Origin: Sulfolobales archaeon
GTDB lineage: Archaea > Thermoproteota > Thermoprotei_A > Sulfolobales > NBVN01
Direction: 5' to 3'
Length of the DNA: 64,000 bases
NCBI GenBank assembly: GCA_038841535.1
Contig: JAWBTQ010000005.1
Location: 27,242-91,241 of the forward strand
Below, in pieces: positions 1 through 10,490 of the stretch (its first letter is position 1; each line of letters opens with the position of its first letter). Under the pieces are notes generated by a model. It was not told where the DNA came from, did no database searches, and saw only the letters and a list, made by a program, of their open reading frames with translations. The position numbers and the translations under genes are program-made.

Positions 1-2
1 TA

Positions 3-578
3 GAGCTAGGTGTTGAAGTATTAGGTGATTACGTAGTCTCACATGAAGCTTGGAGAGGCTGGCCAAGGATCCACGTAGACTACGAGAAAAGCTCAAAGCT
101 AGAACCCGAGGTATTTAGCTCTCTCCTAGTACACGAGGCTGTCCACAGCATACTCCACGGTAGGAGGGACTACTACTCATTCTCTATAAGTAGTAGCTTT
201 CTAGACGAACTCCACACTCACTTAGGAATCGAGGTATTTTACTTAGCTTCAACAGTAGTAAAAGATCTTGAAGTCCACAAGTACCTAGTGACTACCGGAT
301 ACAGAAAGTACGTTGAGAAGTACGCTCAATACTCAAGACAAGAAGCTACCAGCTTAAACTGCTCAGACATAATGAACACTCTAAACTTCGCTAAGCTGAT
401 ATCACCCTGTGTCTACATAGAGTGTCCCAGCAATACCGAGATGGTCAGCAAATCCTGTGCGAGAGTCTACAAGCCGTTATTGAAGACCCTATCTGAGCTA
501 GAACATCTCGGTGGGGACTGGGTAGAGAAGTCAGTTAAGCTAGTTTACTCCATCATGAAGCACTCACTAGTCAACTAA
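3..578 (+). CDS. 5'-truncated putative zinc metalloprotein (HEXXH zincin-like motif)
   Basis: The frame of track ORF 288..578 is open back to the window edge and reads ...HEAWRGWPRIHVDYE...LLVHEAVHSILHG..., i.e. HEXXHXXXH. Confidence 0.65.
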   Translation, partial: ELGVEVLGDYVVSHEAWRGWPRIHVDYEKSSKLEPEVFSSLLVHEAVHSILHGRRDYYSFSISSSFLDELHTHLGIEVFYLASTVVKDLEVHKYLVTTGYRKYVEKYAQYSRQEATSLNCSDIMNTLNFAKLISPCVYIECPSNTEMVSKSCARVYKPLLKTLSELEHLGGDWVEKSVKLVYSIMKHSLVN

Positions 579-848
579 TCAGCTAGCCAGAGAATACTGA
601 GAGCTAAAGCTTCTGAGCTAAGAAACGCCTACAGCAGCAGAGACCTCCTCAGTCTCAAACTAGTTCTCGAAAAAGACAGCAGTTCGGAGTTACTAGGTCA
701 CCTACTACTTGCGAGATTGCTTGTCTAGTTCAGAACAAACTATACTAACCGTAACTACAGCCCTAGGTAAAGACTTAGGAGAAGGTCTCGACATAAGTAA
801 TACAGTAAAAACGGTTTAACTCTTAGCGCAGATTACTATCGACTGCTC

Positions 849-2414
849 TCAGCAGTCGACTTCATACACGTAGTAGACGTAGTTGTTGTTTATGGCGTCT
901 AGTAGGTCCTTCCAGTACTCTTGCTCGTACCTACTTCCTTCCTCTAGTGCCGACTTAGCGTTCTCAACGATCTCGTTAATAGTGATGTAGCTATCGTTAT
1001 AGTAGATTACTGTATCACCACTAACATACCCGTACTTGAGGTTCAGTAGTACCGCAATCAACTGCTGTCTCAGTGCTGTAGACATATCACCGAGTACGGG
1101 GCTGACTAGGTAGTCAGCTAGCTGCTTAGGCGTCTCGAAGCTCGTACTGAGCACTTCGTTTATGTAGTTAACGTCTTCTTGAGTTACTCGGGTTAGCCAC
1201 TGACCGGTTCTCCTGTTGTATTGAGACCAGGACCAGTAGCCCTTACTGTAAGCACCAGTAAGCTTCTTCAAGCACACGAAGCCGAAGTCGTTGCTACCGT
1301 AAGCTGTAGCTTCTTCAGCATAAACTTCGTAGTACGTATGAGTCGTATTCACTACTACATCGCAGAACACGCAGTAAGGCTTTACTACTTCAACCTTGTA
1401 GGTGTACCCTACATCTACCTCGAAGTAGTAGTAACCGCTTTCGTCAGAGTAAGCTGTATCTACGTAAACCCAGTCATCAGTATCCTCATCGTATCTGTAC
1501 AAGTCTACAGCAACTCCAGAGATCGGCTTATCGCCTTCGTCGTATAGCCCGTTGTAGTTGTTGTCCCAGAACACTACACCAGATATCGTAGCATACATCG
1601 CGGTCTCGAACTCTTGGTGTACTAACACCGTCCAGCTCGCACTCTGCTCTGTTTGAACTATAGTAGCCGTATTCACGTGCTCGTAAGACTCTCCCTTACT
1701 AGGGTCGTACTCAAAAGTTATAGTGTAAGTCCAAGAGTTACTATCGCACGTGGTCCAGACGTAACCATTAGTGTCCACGACATCTACACAGTCGTATCCC
1801 TGCGTCACGTCGGTCTTACTAGTTGTAGTGCTCGGGCTTGGACCGTAAGGCTCTCCAAGCCAACCACTGTGGTTTGTTATCGTAACATTAGCAGTTACCT
1901 TAAACTCTTCTCTATCCCAGTAATCTTCGGGGACTTCCACCTCGTAGTAGTAACAGTATGACTCGCCCGGACCTAAAACCGGCTTCTCCGATACATCAAC
2001 AGAATAGCTTTCGACGATCTTAATATTCCATCCTTTTGTGCCCTTAACGTAGACATCTAGCTCTATCTCTAGGTTTTCAGTAGCTCTTTCACCTCCGTTC
2101 GTAACGCAGACGTATCCCTCAATGTAGTAAGATACAGTTGTAGTCTTAATTACAGAGACAGCGTATTCCACGGTAGCAGTAGGGCTTCTTTGGCTTAGAT
2201 ATATTTCATAAGCATTAGCTGTCTTTTCCATCTTCCACTCGTATTTAGTGAGATATATTGCTGACGCAGTTACGTAGGCTGATAAGGTAGTGCCAGCTTG
2301 TCCCTGGGCTTGAGTCAGAGTCAGTAGAGTTGCGTTAATCGGTAGAACTAGAGAAGCTAGAATTAGTATAGTTATTAAGTTTTTTAAAGCATTTGTTTTA
2401 CACATTTTTCTCAC
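849..2414 (-). CDS. Secreted/surface protein with SdrD-B/Cna-B-like domain
   Basis: N-terminal signal peptide; ISGVVFWDNNYNGLYDEGDKPISGVAVDLY...SDESGYYYF is the SdrD B-repeat signature; Y/T/V/E-rich beta-sandwich composition. Confidence 0.7.
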   Translation of the reverse strand: MRKMCKTNALKNLITILILASLVLPINATLLTLTQAQGQAGTTLSAYVTASAIYLTKYEWKMEKTANAYEIYLSQRSPTATVEYAVSVIKTTTVSYYIEGYVCVTNGGERATENLEIELDVYVKGTKGWNIKIVESYSVDVSEKPVLGPGESYCYYYEVEVPEDYWDREEFKVTANVTITNHSGWLGEPYGPSPSTTTSKTDVTQGYDCVDVVDTNGYVWTTCDSNSWTYTITFEYDPSKGESYEHVNTATIVQTEQSASWTVLVHQEFETAMYATISGVVFWDNNYNGLYDEGDKPISGVAVDLYRYDEDTDDWVYVDTAYSDESGYYYFEVDVGYTYKVEVVKPYCVFCDVVVNTTHTYYEVYAEEATAYGSNDFGFVCLKKLTGAYSKGYWSWSQYNRRTGQWLTRVTQEDVNYINEVLSTSFETPKQLADYLVSPVLGDMSTALRQQLIAVLLNLKYGYVSGDTVIYYNDSYITINEIVENAKSALEEGSRYEQEYWKDLLDAINNNYVYYVYEVDC

Positions 2415-2895
2415 AATGTTTATGATTAAAAAGAGTATTTAAGCTTTTTAACCCATAAGTTACTCTGTTTAAAAAGATTATACAAGCATTTTCATAAATC
2501 CGTGGATCAATAAGTACATTTATTTCTTTGCCTAACTGAATGGTTTGTTGTTGAGCTGCTCTAAGGTATGATGAGATGATTAGTGACTTGATAACTAGTT
2601 TTTAGTAGAAGACTTAAGCATAGAAGCATGGGGTACGTAACTACACTCCTCTTGAAGGATCCTTAGTTAGTGGGAGGGTTCATGTAAGGTAACCTAGCTG
2701 TGTTAGGAGTGCGTTTTCTTAGTGTCTTTACCAAAGCGAGAGCTTTCCTCTTCGGTGATACTGGTTGATCGAAGTTGGAGACTTAGTGAGTATGGAGGAG
2801 ATCACCTACTTCTTTATCTTATCTTCAGATAGACTAAGTTCTTCAACTTGCGGAATGCGCTCTTGGGTTAGGTCTTCTGTCCTTAGCTACGGTGT

Positions 2896-3519
2896 CTACC
2901 TCCCGGAGGTGGCTTTAGTGCCACTAGTTTCAATGTAGATATGTCCGTAGCCCTGTCCCAGCTTTCTTGTCTCTATATTGCCGCAATCGGGACACTTTAG
3001 CTTATCTTTCAATAGCTTTAGTTGCGCCCCGCACTTACTGCAGCTAGCAAGAACGACACCGAGTTTTGCGTCTTTAATTGTTAATAAGTACGGTGGGTAG
3101 CTATTTAACACCTTCGACCTTATGAAGTCCCCTATGCGGACGTAGCTGTACATTTGCTTTATCTCACCAGCTTTCTCAATTACTTGAGATACGTGAAGCA
3201 TCCCAGTAAATGGGTAGTGGATTACTGCGTTATTGACTGTCAAGATCCTAGTGCGAGCGAAATCCTCTCGCATCTCGGTTACGACTGCGAGCACTATAGC
3301 ACCTGAGTGCGGCATCGTGGGAGGCCTATACGGCTTAACCATAACGACTTTATTTAAGAGGTCCTTTACGACCCTGCCTATCGTTGCTGCCCTTATTTGG
3401 TATCCAGCTTCATACGTCCCAGGACCTGGGAGAAATTCTTCCGCTACTCCTAGGCGGTCTCCGGGGATTACGAAATCCTCTAACTCCTTTTTCTCACTCA
3501 ACGCTTTATCCCTCTCCAC
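2896..3519 (-). CDS. csl4: Exosome complex RNA-binding protein Csl4
   Basis: VIPGDRLGVAEEFLPGPGTY N-terminus, S1 domain, C-terminal CSKCG...CPDCGNIETRK zinc ribbon. Confidence 0.93.
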   Translation of the reverse strand: MERDKALSEKKELEDFVIPGDRLGVAEEFLPGPGTYEAGYQIRAATIGRVVKDLLNKVVMVKPYRPPTMPHSGAIVLAVVTEMREDFARTRILTVNNAVIHYPFTGMLHVSQVIEKAGEIKQMYSYVRIGDFIRSKVLNSYPPYLLTIKDAKLGVVLASCSKCGAQLKLLKDKLKCPDCGNIETRKLGQGYGHIYIETSGTKATSGR

Positions 3520-4154
3520 TCACTAGTTCTCACAAGCCTAATTAACGCAACCTCAAAGCGGTATGTTTTCTTTCTGTGGTGCCTTAGCCTCTGCTTTAAT
3601 GTCATAGTAGCTTTAGCAAGTACGGAGAAGGAGAACCCTAGGTCTTCAGCTACTTTCGAAATAAGCTTCAAGCTCTCTAGGGAGTACTTGTGGAGCGAGT
3701 AAACAGTAAAACACTCACTTAAAGCCACGTTTAGGAACTCTACGTCAGCACCTCTCTTTTTGACTCCGAAGGGTGGGTTCATAATGACGGTGCACTTGTC
3801 TAAGAGGGGTCTCATTGGGAGGTGCTTTGCGTCTCCTGCAACAAGGTCAAATCTTCCACTAAAAACGGCTAAGTTCTCTTTAGCGACATAGAGAGCAGAC
3901 CAATCTATATCGAGACACAGAGCATTGCTCGCTCCAAGCAGGAGGGAACCGTATGTGAGAACCCCAGTCCCACACCCCATATCGACCACTACGCCCCTAC
4001 TTAAGTCATTTCTGAGGTTAGCTTCCCATACCATTAATGCCGCAATATCGCCAGGTGTTCGGTACTGTTCCAGGCTCTCTACAGGGTTAATGAAGTCTCT
4101 AAGCTTCTCTAGAGCTATCTCTAGGTCTCTCATGAGTATAGCCCTACCGGGCAT
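3498..4154 (-). CDS. METTL5-family SAM-dependent methyltransferase
   Basis: LEQYRTP, VVDMGCGTG and MNPPFG motifs; usual dph2-METTL5-csl4 neighbourhood. Confidence 0.88.
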   Translation of the reverse strand: MPGRAILMRDLEIALEKLRDFINPVESLEQYRTPGDIAALMVWEANLRNDLSRGVVVDMGCGTGVLTYGSLLLGASNALCLDIDWSALYVAKENLAVFSGRFDLVAGDAKHLPMRPLLDKCTVIMNPPFGVKKRGADVEFLNVALSECFTVYSLHKYSLESLKLISKVAEDLGFSFSVLAKATMTLKQRLRHHRKKTYRFEVALIRLVRTSEWRGIKR

Positions 4155-4174
4155 CGCACGTCACTTAACAGATA

Positions 4175-5185
4175 CTAAAGTAAGTTCTCGGGATACTCCC
4201 CTATACCCATCTTTTCTAGTACTGCTATAGCTTCAGATGGTGTTAGAACCGGTTTTTCGAACTCCACTAAGTCGTCTACAGCTATCCTCGGACAAGATGT
4301 AACTACGTACGCATCTACTTCCGGACTATCTAAGTTCCTGAGCACATTGATATCGAGTATGGGCGCAGTGTAGAGGTAGAACCTACGCTCTCTCTTCTTT
4401 AATACTCTTACTACCTCACTCACTACCCAGGGTCTGTACTGCCCTGAGATACCTAGGACAACTCCCCAGCTCCTTGCGTTTAAGGCATCATGCATTTTCT
4501 TAAGTCTTATGGACAAAAACTTTAAGACATCTCTTGAAGAATCAGTAACACACTTAGTATAGGGATCCACTCTCACTACCTTAGCACTTCTAACAACCAT
4601 ACCCACTCCAATTGAGTGAAAAACCCCTCCGGCAACGACTAGTACGGCCTCGACTTTAGACTTCTTGAGTTCGGAAGGTACGTAGCAACCGAAAACTACG
4701 AGCGGGCCAAGTGCCACGTTAAAGCCCCCGCTTTTAAGTCTCTCCTTTATTAGCTCAGAGAGCTTCTTGTGCTGGTTAGTTGTTACAATAGCAATATTCT
4801 TCAGTCCGCTAGCAGTGAGGTAACTCTCTATTTCGCTCAATAGGGTTTCACGATCTGCACTTATGTACTCTAGGTCAACGAACACTACTCGCGGACTCGG
4901 CCGTCGACTAGCTAGAGGATATGGGTCGTGACCTACGTGGATAACTAAGTCGTACTTCCCGGTTTCTCCGAAATCTAGCAAGCACGACCCATAGACCGGG
5001 CTACCGTCTAAGTAGACCTCTAGGTCGGCTTTTGACCGTATGTAGTCAGCTATCGCCGTATAGTACCTCTTAAGCCCTTCAGGTAGCTGTATGAGAACTT
5101 TCTTAGCCCGCACTTCAGATAGTACTCTCAGTACTTCACTTAACTTAAGCTCGTAATCTCCCACTGAGAGGAACTCATCCGTCAA
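4175..5185 (-). CDS. dph2: Diphthamide biosynthesis enzyme Dph2
   Basis: [30 protein letters not shown] and KPVLTPSE motifs including the Fe-S cysteines. Confidence 0.92.
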   Translation of the reverse strand: MTDEFLSVGDYELKLSEVLRVLSEVRAKKVLIQLPEGLKRYYTAIADYIRSKADLEVYLDGSPVYGSCLLDFGETGKYDLVIHVGHDPYPLASRRPSPRVVFVDLEYISADRETLLSEIESYLTASGLKNIAIVTTNQHKKLSELIKERLKSGGFNVALGPLVVFGCYVPSELKKSKVEAVLVVAGGVFHSIGVGMVVRSAKVVRVDPYTKCVTDSSRDVLKFLSIRLKKMHDALNARSWGVVLGISGQYRPWVVSEVVRVLKKRERRFYLYTAPILDINVLRNLDSPEVDAYVVTSCPRIAVDDLVEFEKPVLTPSEAIAVLEKMGIGEYPENLL

Positions 5186-5700
5186 GAGGAAACCTTAGTT
5201 AATTCTATTATCTCAATAGTTGACGGAACTCCCACTTTATCCTTGAACCGCCTTAGGGCTTCCTTAGCATGATCTAGGTACGCTTTATTGATTCTGACTT
5301 CAGCGATTACCGAGCCTGGGTACACTCTTGCCGCTAGCCCTATAGGCTTACCGAAAGCTCTCCTCATGCCCTCCTGGAGTCTGTCGGCTCCAGCGAAAGC
5401 CATCATCTTGTTCTCTCTCAGTACTTGATGTGGGTAAACTCTAACTATAAACAGGAACTTATCTTCACCTACTACCTTACTTAGGTACTTGTGGGTAGCG
5501 ATTCTTCCAGCTTCTAGAGCGTTGTGTCTAACTTGAGCAGATTCAACAACCTTTAGTTCAAGCTTGTACTCAAAGTTCTCTCGAGAGTTACCCATGACGT
5601 ACTTAACTATCTTAGGCTGAGGGACACCATCGATGTACTCAGACCTCGTGTAAGCTGGCTTATTTATACCTTTGTAGCACCTTGCTGGTCTCAGAGGCAC
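5182..5700 (-). CDS. rpl10e: 50S ribosomal protein uL16 (L10e)
   Basis: [36 protein letters not shown] start with AGGTG RBS. Confidence 0.97.
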   Translation of the reverse strand: MPLRPARCYKGINKPAYTRSEYIDGVPQPKIVKYVMGNSRENFEYKLELKVVESAQVRHNALEAGRIATHKYLSKVVGEDKFLFIVRVYPHQVLRENKMMAFAGADRLQEGMRRAFGKPIGLAARVYPGSVIAEVRINKAYLDHAKEALRRFKDKVGVPSTIEIIELTKVSS

Positions 5701-5786
5701 GCAGTAGCACCTATGAAAGTAGGGAGAGCTAATTAATAAGCTTTTAACTATTAAGTGCTTTCTACACTAGTAGAGGTGCTAGCTAA

Positions 5787-6941
5787 GTGAAAAGAGAGAT
5801 ACTGGTCTTCCTGGTTTTAGGGCTAGTCTCATTAACAGCAGATATTACATACGAGGGTGCTAGATCGATCAGTGGGCCATTCCTTGAGAGCCTCGGTGCC
5901 ATCCCACTAGCAGCAGCCATCGTCGGGAGTGGAGAGCTCGTGAGCTACTTAGCGAGATTCTTGGGAGGATACATAGCCACGGTGTTTATGTCGTCGGCAG
6001 TGCTTTGGGGCACCGTAGTGTTTGGGTACTTAGTTAACCTAGTAGTAATACCATTTCTAGCTTTTGTTGGAAGGTGGGATATCGCTGTAGCACTCTACGT
6101 AATCGAGAGAGTTGGTAAGGGGCTCAGAACACCAGCTCGAGACACAATATTAGCAGAAGTCACTTCTGGCATGGGGCGTGGTAAGGGGTTCGGGATCCAC
6201 GAGGTTATGGACCAAGTAGGTGCGTTTGCTGGACCCCTAGCGGTATCCTGGGCTGTAGGTACTGGCGGTTATAGTCTAGCTTTTCTATCACTAGCGGTTC
6301 CGGCTGCGGCATCTGTAGCATTCGTTATTGCTGCGGCATTACTCTACCCAAGAGTTAGGTCGGTTAGCTACGAGTCGCTAACACCTCCAGGTTTCAGCGG
6401 TCTTCCGAGGCGTTTCTGGCTCTACACAGTATCTATGTCTCTACTTCTATCAGGCTACATACACTGGTCTATCGCCTCCATGTACATGGCGTCGGAAGGC
6501 TATGCCTCAGCAGCAGGAATAGCTTTAGCTTACTCTATAGCTATGGCGGTAGACGCACTTGTAGCCTTACCAGTCGGGATGGCATATGATAAGTATGGTA
6601 TTAAAAGCCTGACTCTGGCTCCTCTAATTGTGGCCGCAGTTCCAGTTTTACTGACTTACGCAGCACCTCCTGTAGCTCCATTTGCTGCCGGGGTCTTCTG
6701 GGGTATCGCTATGGGTATATACGAGACTAACATGAGGGCAGCAGTAGCTGATTTAGTAGAGCCCCATAGTAGGTCTCTAGCCTACGGTACTTTTGGACTA
6801 CTAACAGGTGTCTCTTGGTCCGCAGGAGGATTCGTAATATCGGCTCTCTTAAGTAGTAAGCACCTGCTACTACTGTATACTGCCGTAGTTGAGGTAGCCT
6901 CACTATCCGTGCTGCTTCAGCTATTAAAAACGAAAAAGTAG
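5787..6941 (+). CDS. MFS transporter
   Basis: About 12 hydrophobic segments; ADITYEGARS and ERVGKGLRTPARD motifs. Confidence 0.88.
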   Translation: MKREILVFLVLGLVSLTADITYEGARSISGPFLESLGAIPLAAAIVGSGELVSYLARFLGGYIATVFMSSAVLWGTVVFGYLVNLVVIPFLAFVGRWDIAVALYVIERVGKGLRTPARDTILAEVTSGMGRGKGFGIHEVMDQVGAFAGPLAVSWAVGTGGYSLAFLSLAVPAAASVAFVIAAALLYPRVRSVSYESLTPPGFSGLPRRFWLYTVSMSLLLSGYIHWSIASMYMASEGYASAAGIALAYSIAMAVDALVALPVGMAYDKYGIKSLTLAPLIVAAVPVLLTYAAPPVAPFAAGVFWGIAMGIYETNMRAAVADLVEPHSRSLAYGTFGLLTGVSWSAGGFVISALLSSKHLLLLYTAVVEVASLSVLLQLLKTKK

Positions 6942-6960
6942 GGTTTAGATAAGGTATTCT

Positions 6961-7746
6961 ATGGGGGCGCCGATGGTTAAATTCTTAGTCACGAATGACG
7001 ACAGCTATGCGAGCCCTGGTCTTTCCTTACTATATAGAGTAGCTAACAGCGTCGGAGAGGCCCTAGTCTTCTCAACGGAGAGCCCTAGGTCGGTGATAGG
7101 TCACACTATAACGTTCTCAAGACCCTTGAGGGTTTACCCGATGAATGTTGGTGGGGTAAAGGTGTATTTAACTGATGGAACACCAGTGGACGTGATCCAC
7201 TTAGCGCTAAACGTCTTAGGATATAAACCGGACTTCGTCTTATCTGGAATAAACGTGGGGGAGAACCTCACTCTGCAGCATATCTTCTATAGTGGCACTA
7301 TAGCAGCCGCTATAGAGTCAGCCGTCGTTGGAATACCCGCAATAGCCTTCTCAGCTGATGTCGAGAGCTTTGACCAGATCTCGACTCCAGAAATGGAGGG
7401 TATAGCCTTAAGCTACATAAAGGCTATAGTAGAGAATGTCGTAAGGTACGGGTTTCCACCGGGAGTTGACTTACTCAGCGTAAACATCCCAAACCCAAGG
7501 AACTTCAGAAACTGCGTTAGAGTTGCTAAAGCTTCTAAAGTAAGGTGGTATTCCAGCTACGACAGCAGGAGAGATCCTCTGGGCAGACCCTACTACTGGC
7601 TCTACATGAAGAAGCTCGAGGCTGAACCTGAAACAGACGTACACGCAGTAGAAATAGAGGGATGCATCTCGGTAACACCTCTAACAATAAACTTAAACGT
7701 TAGCACGCGGTGTCTCAGTGAGTTCAGGGGGTTACTCGAGCTTTAA
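6961..7746 (+). CDS. surE: 5'/3'-nucleotidase SurE
   Basis: LVTNDDS, DGTPVD, SGINVGEN, YSGTIAAAIE and ISVTPL motifs. Confidence 0.95.
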   Translation: MGAPMVKFLVTNDDSYASPGLSLLYRVANSVGEALVFSTESPRSVIGHTITFSRPLRVYPMNVGGVKVYLTDGTPVDVIHLALNVLGYKPDFVLSGINVGENLTLQHIFYSGTIAAAIESAVVGIPAIAFSADVESFDQISTPEMEGIALSYIKAIVENVVRYGFPPGVDLLSVNIPNPRNFRNCVRVAKASKVRWYSSYDSRRDPLGRPYYWLYMKKLEAEPETDVHAVEIEGCISVTPLTINLNVSTRCLSEFRGLLEL

Positions 7747-7781
7747 GCTTAAGTGGGCTTGTAGGTTTTTGGAGTAAGTCG

Positions 7782-9053
7782 TTACTTCCTGGCTCTAACG
7801 CTCTCCAAGATCTCTTGAGCTTTCTCCAGGGTTATTCTACCCGACTTCACCAGTTCTTCCGAGACTACATCAACTTCATCTGGTCTAGCACCAGCAGCTA
7901 GAGCTAGTTGGCGAGCGTGTAGCTTCATATGACCCCGCTGGATACCTTCGGTAGCTAGTGCTCTAAGAGCCGCTAGGTTTTGAACCAAGCCTACGGCACC
8001 CATGACTTCAGAAAGCTCTCTTGCCGTCTTAACTCCGAGTATCTTCAGTGACAGCCTAGCCATGGGGTTAGACCTTATGGACCCCCCTATAGTTCCTACG
8101 GCGATAGGTACTTCTAGGTAACCTACTAAGTTACCCTCACTATCGGTTTCCCACGTACTTAAAGGCCCGTATTTACCCTTCCTAGCAGCGTAAGCGTGAG
8201 CTCCAGCTTCAAGAGCTCTAGTATCTTGACCTGTAGCTAGAGCAACAGCTATTATGCCATTCATAATGCCTTTATTGTGGGTTGCTGCCCTATATGGATC
8301 GGCTGCGGCGAAAGCCCACGCGTATACGATCCCCTCGACAACATCTTCACCACCTATTACATCCTTTGGTACCTTAGTCCAAGACCTCACTAGCCGCCTA
8401 TCGGCTAAGTTCGAAACTATCCTTAGGAGCACCCTACCTCCGCTAGCTTCTTCTATTATGGGAGCTACTGCTTCAGCCATAGTGTTAACTATATTAGCTC
8501 CCATAGCGTCCTTAACGTCGACTAAGAGGTTTACTACCACCATCTTCCCGACTGGGCTATCGAGTACTCTAACCTCGATGTCCTTAGCTCCACCACCAAG
8601 CTTTACTAGTATATCGTTAGTTGAGTTAGCGAGATCTAGTATCTCCTTCTTCCTCTCCAGTATTCTAATCACTGCCGTATGCGGTGAAGGAACTCTAACT
8701 ACCTGGATTTGAGATATCATTATCTGCTCAGTAGCCATCGAAGTTATTCCACCCCCTTCACGACACCACTTAGCCGCATTAGATGCTCCAGCCACTACCG
8801 ACGGTTCCTCGATAACCATGGGGACTAAGTATTCGCGACCATTTATTAGGAAGTTTACTGCTACACCGTAAGGAAGCTCGAAGGTCCCGATGACGTTCTC
8901 GATCATCTTATCCGCAACGTCTAGACCCAGCCTACCCACTCTCCTCAGGAGAACTACTTCCTCATCTGTGAGTTCAGCAAACTCTTTTACTGCTTTGACT
9001 CTCTCCTCCAGCGACAGCTTGTAGAACCCGGGTATCCTAGATGACTTACTCAC
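7782..9053 (-). CDS. mvaA: Class II HMG-CoA reductase
   Basis: ENVIG, EEPSVVAG, DAMGAN, RAATHNKGIMNG and EGIQRGHMKLH motifs; GTG at 9053 with AGGTG RBS preferred over track start 9101. Confidence 0.93.
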   Translation of the reverse strand: MSKSSRIPGFYKLSLEERVKAVKEFAELTDEEVVLLRRVGRLGLDVADKMIENVIGTFELPYGVAVNFLINGREYLVPMVIEEPSVVAGASNAAKWCREGGGITSMATEQIMISQIQVVRVPSPHTAVIRILERKKEILDLANSTNDILVKLGGGAKDIEVRVLDSPVGKMVVVNLLVDVKDAMGANIVNTMAEAVAPIIEEASGGRVLLRIVSNLADRRLVRSWTKVPKDVIGGEDVVEGIVYAWAFAAADPYRAATHNKGIMNGIIAVALATGQDTRALEAGAHAYAARKGKYGPLSTWETDSEGNLVGYLEVPIAVGTIGGSIRSNPMARLSLKILGVKTARELSEVMGAVGLVQNLAALRALATEGIQRGHMKLHARQLALAAGARPDEVDVVSEELVKSGRITLEKAQEILESVRARK

Positions 9054-9173
9054 GTTTAGCACCTTTCTAGTAACTAAGTCACAGAATTTAAAGGTATTCA
9101 AATAAGTTGTCGAAGTAGCGATACAGTTAGCTAGAAGCGTTTATAAAAACGTGAGTAAGAGTTTAACACAGGC

Positions 9174-9431
9174 TTGCGTATGAGCTCAGAGCTTGCGGTA
9201 GCACTTGAAGACATCTACGGTATAGTTCTGTTCTTTCGCGAAAGCACCGAGGACGAAGAGCTATTTGAGGCTTTAGATCTCGTCCTCAAAAAGATTGAGG
9301 ACTTCCTTATCGCAGATCACGAAGAGCGAGAGTATCAAGACTTCATAGTGGAGCTCTACACTACGGTTATGAGCAACCCGCTTACGAAGTTTCTCGGGGT
9401 TTACATAAGGGACTTCCTACCTAAGAGGTAG
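9174..9431 (+). CDS. Small acidic hypothetical protein
   Basis: 85-aa helical ORF with upstream TTTATAAA box, directly upstream of PGI/PMI. Confidence 0.7.
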   Translation: MRMSSELAVALEDIYGIVLFFRESTEDEELFEALDLVLKKIEDFLIADHEEREYQDFIVELYTTVMSNPLTKFLGVYIRDFLPKR

Positions 9432-9435
9432 TACG

Positions 9436-10416
9436 ATGCGGAAGCTCCTTGAAGAGTATATTAACTGGAGTTTCCAGCTAGAGAGAGCACTAAGCTACGA
9501 AGTAGTTGATGCACGCTTTCTCGACGCGAGTTCCTTGAGTGGTATGGCCTTCGTTGGCATGGGGGGCTCAGGAATCGTGGGAGACATTATCTCGAAATAC
9601 CTTGAAAGTGAGCTCGACGTGCCAGTAGTAACGGTCAAGAGCTACATCCTACCCAAGTACGTAAGTAGTGACTGGCTCGTAATAGCTATAAGCTACTCAG
9701 GTAATACCCTTGAGACGTTGTCCGCATTTCGTGAGGCCACTATGAGGAGTGCTAAAATAGGGGTAGTAGCTTCTGGAGGTCAGTTAGCCTTACTTGCTGA
9801 AAGTGAGAGATTACCTCGCGTAATTGTCGAGAGAGACCATTTACCGAGGACTGCTCTACCGGCTCTACTAGCAGGAACACTAGGTCTTTTAAGTAAGCTG
9901 ATAGGGCTGAACGTCAGCCTAGAGAAAGGTATTGAAGTTCTTCGAGATTTTAGCGCAATCAACAATGCGGAGAGCTTGGCAAAATACCTTTATGGAGGTA
10001 TCCCGGTTTTCGTAGTTTCAGAGGATTTATACCCAGTAGGACTCCGGGCTAAGAACGAGGTTAATGAAAACGCTAAAGTCGCTAGTAAAGTAGAGGTCTT
10101 ACCCGAGTGGGGACATAACGACATCGTTGGTTGGGAGGGTAGTCCGAGAGAGTGGTTAAGAATAGTTGCTATTAGGGGTGGCCAAGACCCAGCTATAGAC
10201 TTTGCGCTTGATTACCTTAGAGAGCTGGGATACGATATAAGAGCTCTAGAAGTCGGTAGGTATGGCTATTTCGAGACAGTTTTATACGGCTCGTGGGTAG
10301 TCGGCCTAGCTTCTGTTTTCCTAGCTGGTCTCAGAGGGGTAGACCCTGAGGCGACAAAGTCGATAGAAAAGTATAAGGAGTTCATGCGGTCCTACTTTAA
10401 GGGAACCCAAAGCTAA
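9436..10416 (+). CDS. Bifunctional phosphoglucose/phosphomannose isomerase (SIS domain)
   Basis: GMGGSG, SYSGNTLET, ASGG, PRTA, NENAK and PEWGHN motifs. Confidence 0.93.
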   Translation: MRKLLEEYINWSFQLERALSYEVVDARFLDASSLSGMAFVGMGGSGIVGDIISKYLESELDVPVVTVKSYILPKYVSSDWLVIAISYSGNTLETLSAFREATMRSAKIGVVASGGQLALLAESERLPRVIVERDHLPRTALPALLAGTLGLLSKLIGLNVSLEKGIEVLRDFSAINNAESLAKYLYGGIPVFVVSEDLYPVGLRAKNEVNENAKVASKVEVLPEWGHNDIVGWEGSPREWLRIVAIRGGQDPAIDFALDYLRELGYDIRALEVGRYGYFETVLYGSWVVGLASVFLAGLRGVDPEATKSIEKYKEFMRSYFKGTQS

Positions 10417-10490
10417 AGGTCTGCTTAAACTCTTTAAGTAGCACAGATAGCTCTATAAATTCTTTGTAACAGTAGAACCTGGGGTACTAA

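Noticed and set aside
2566-2615. ATGATGA as a C/D-box sRNA start
   Set aside because: No properly spaced terminal CTGA D box.
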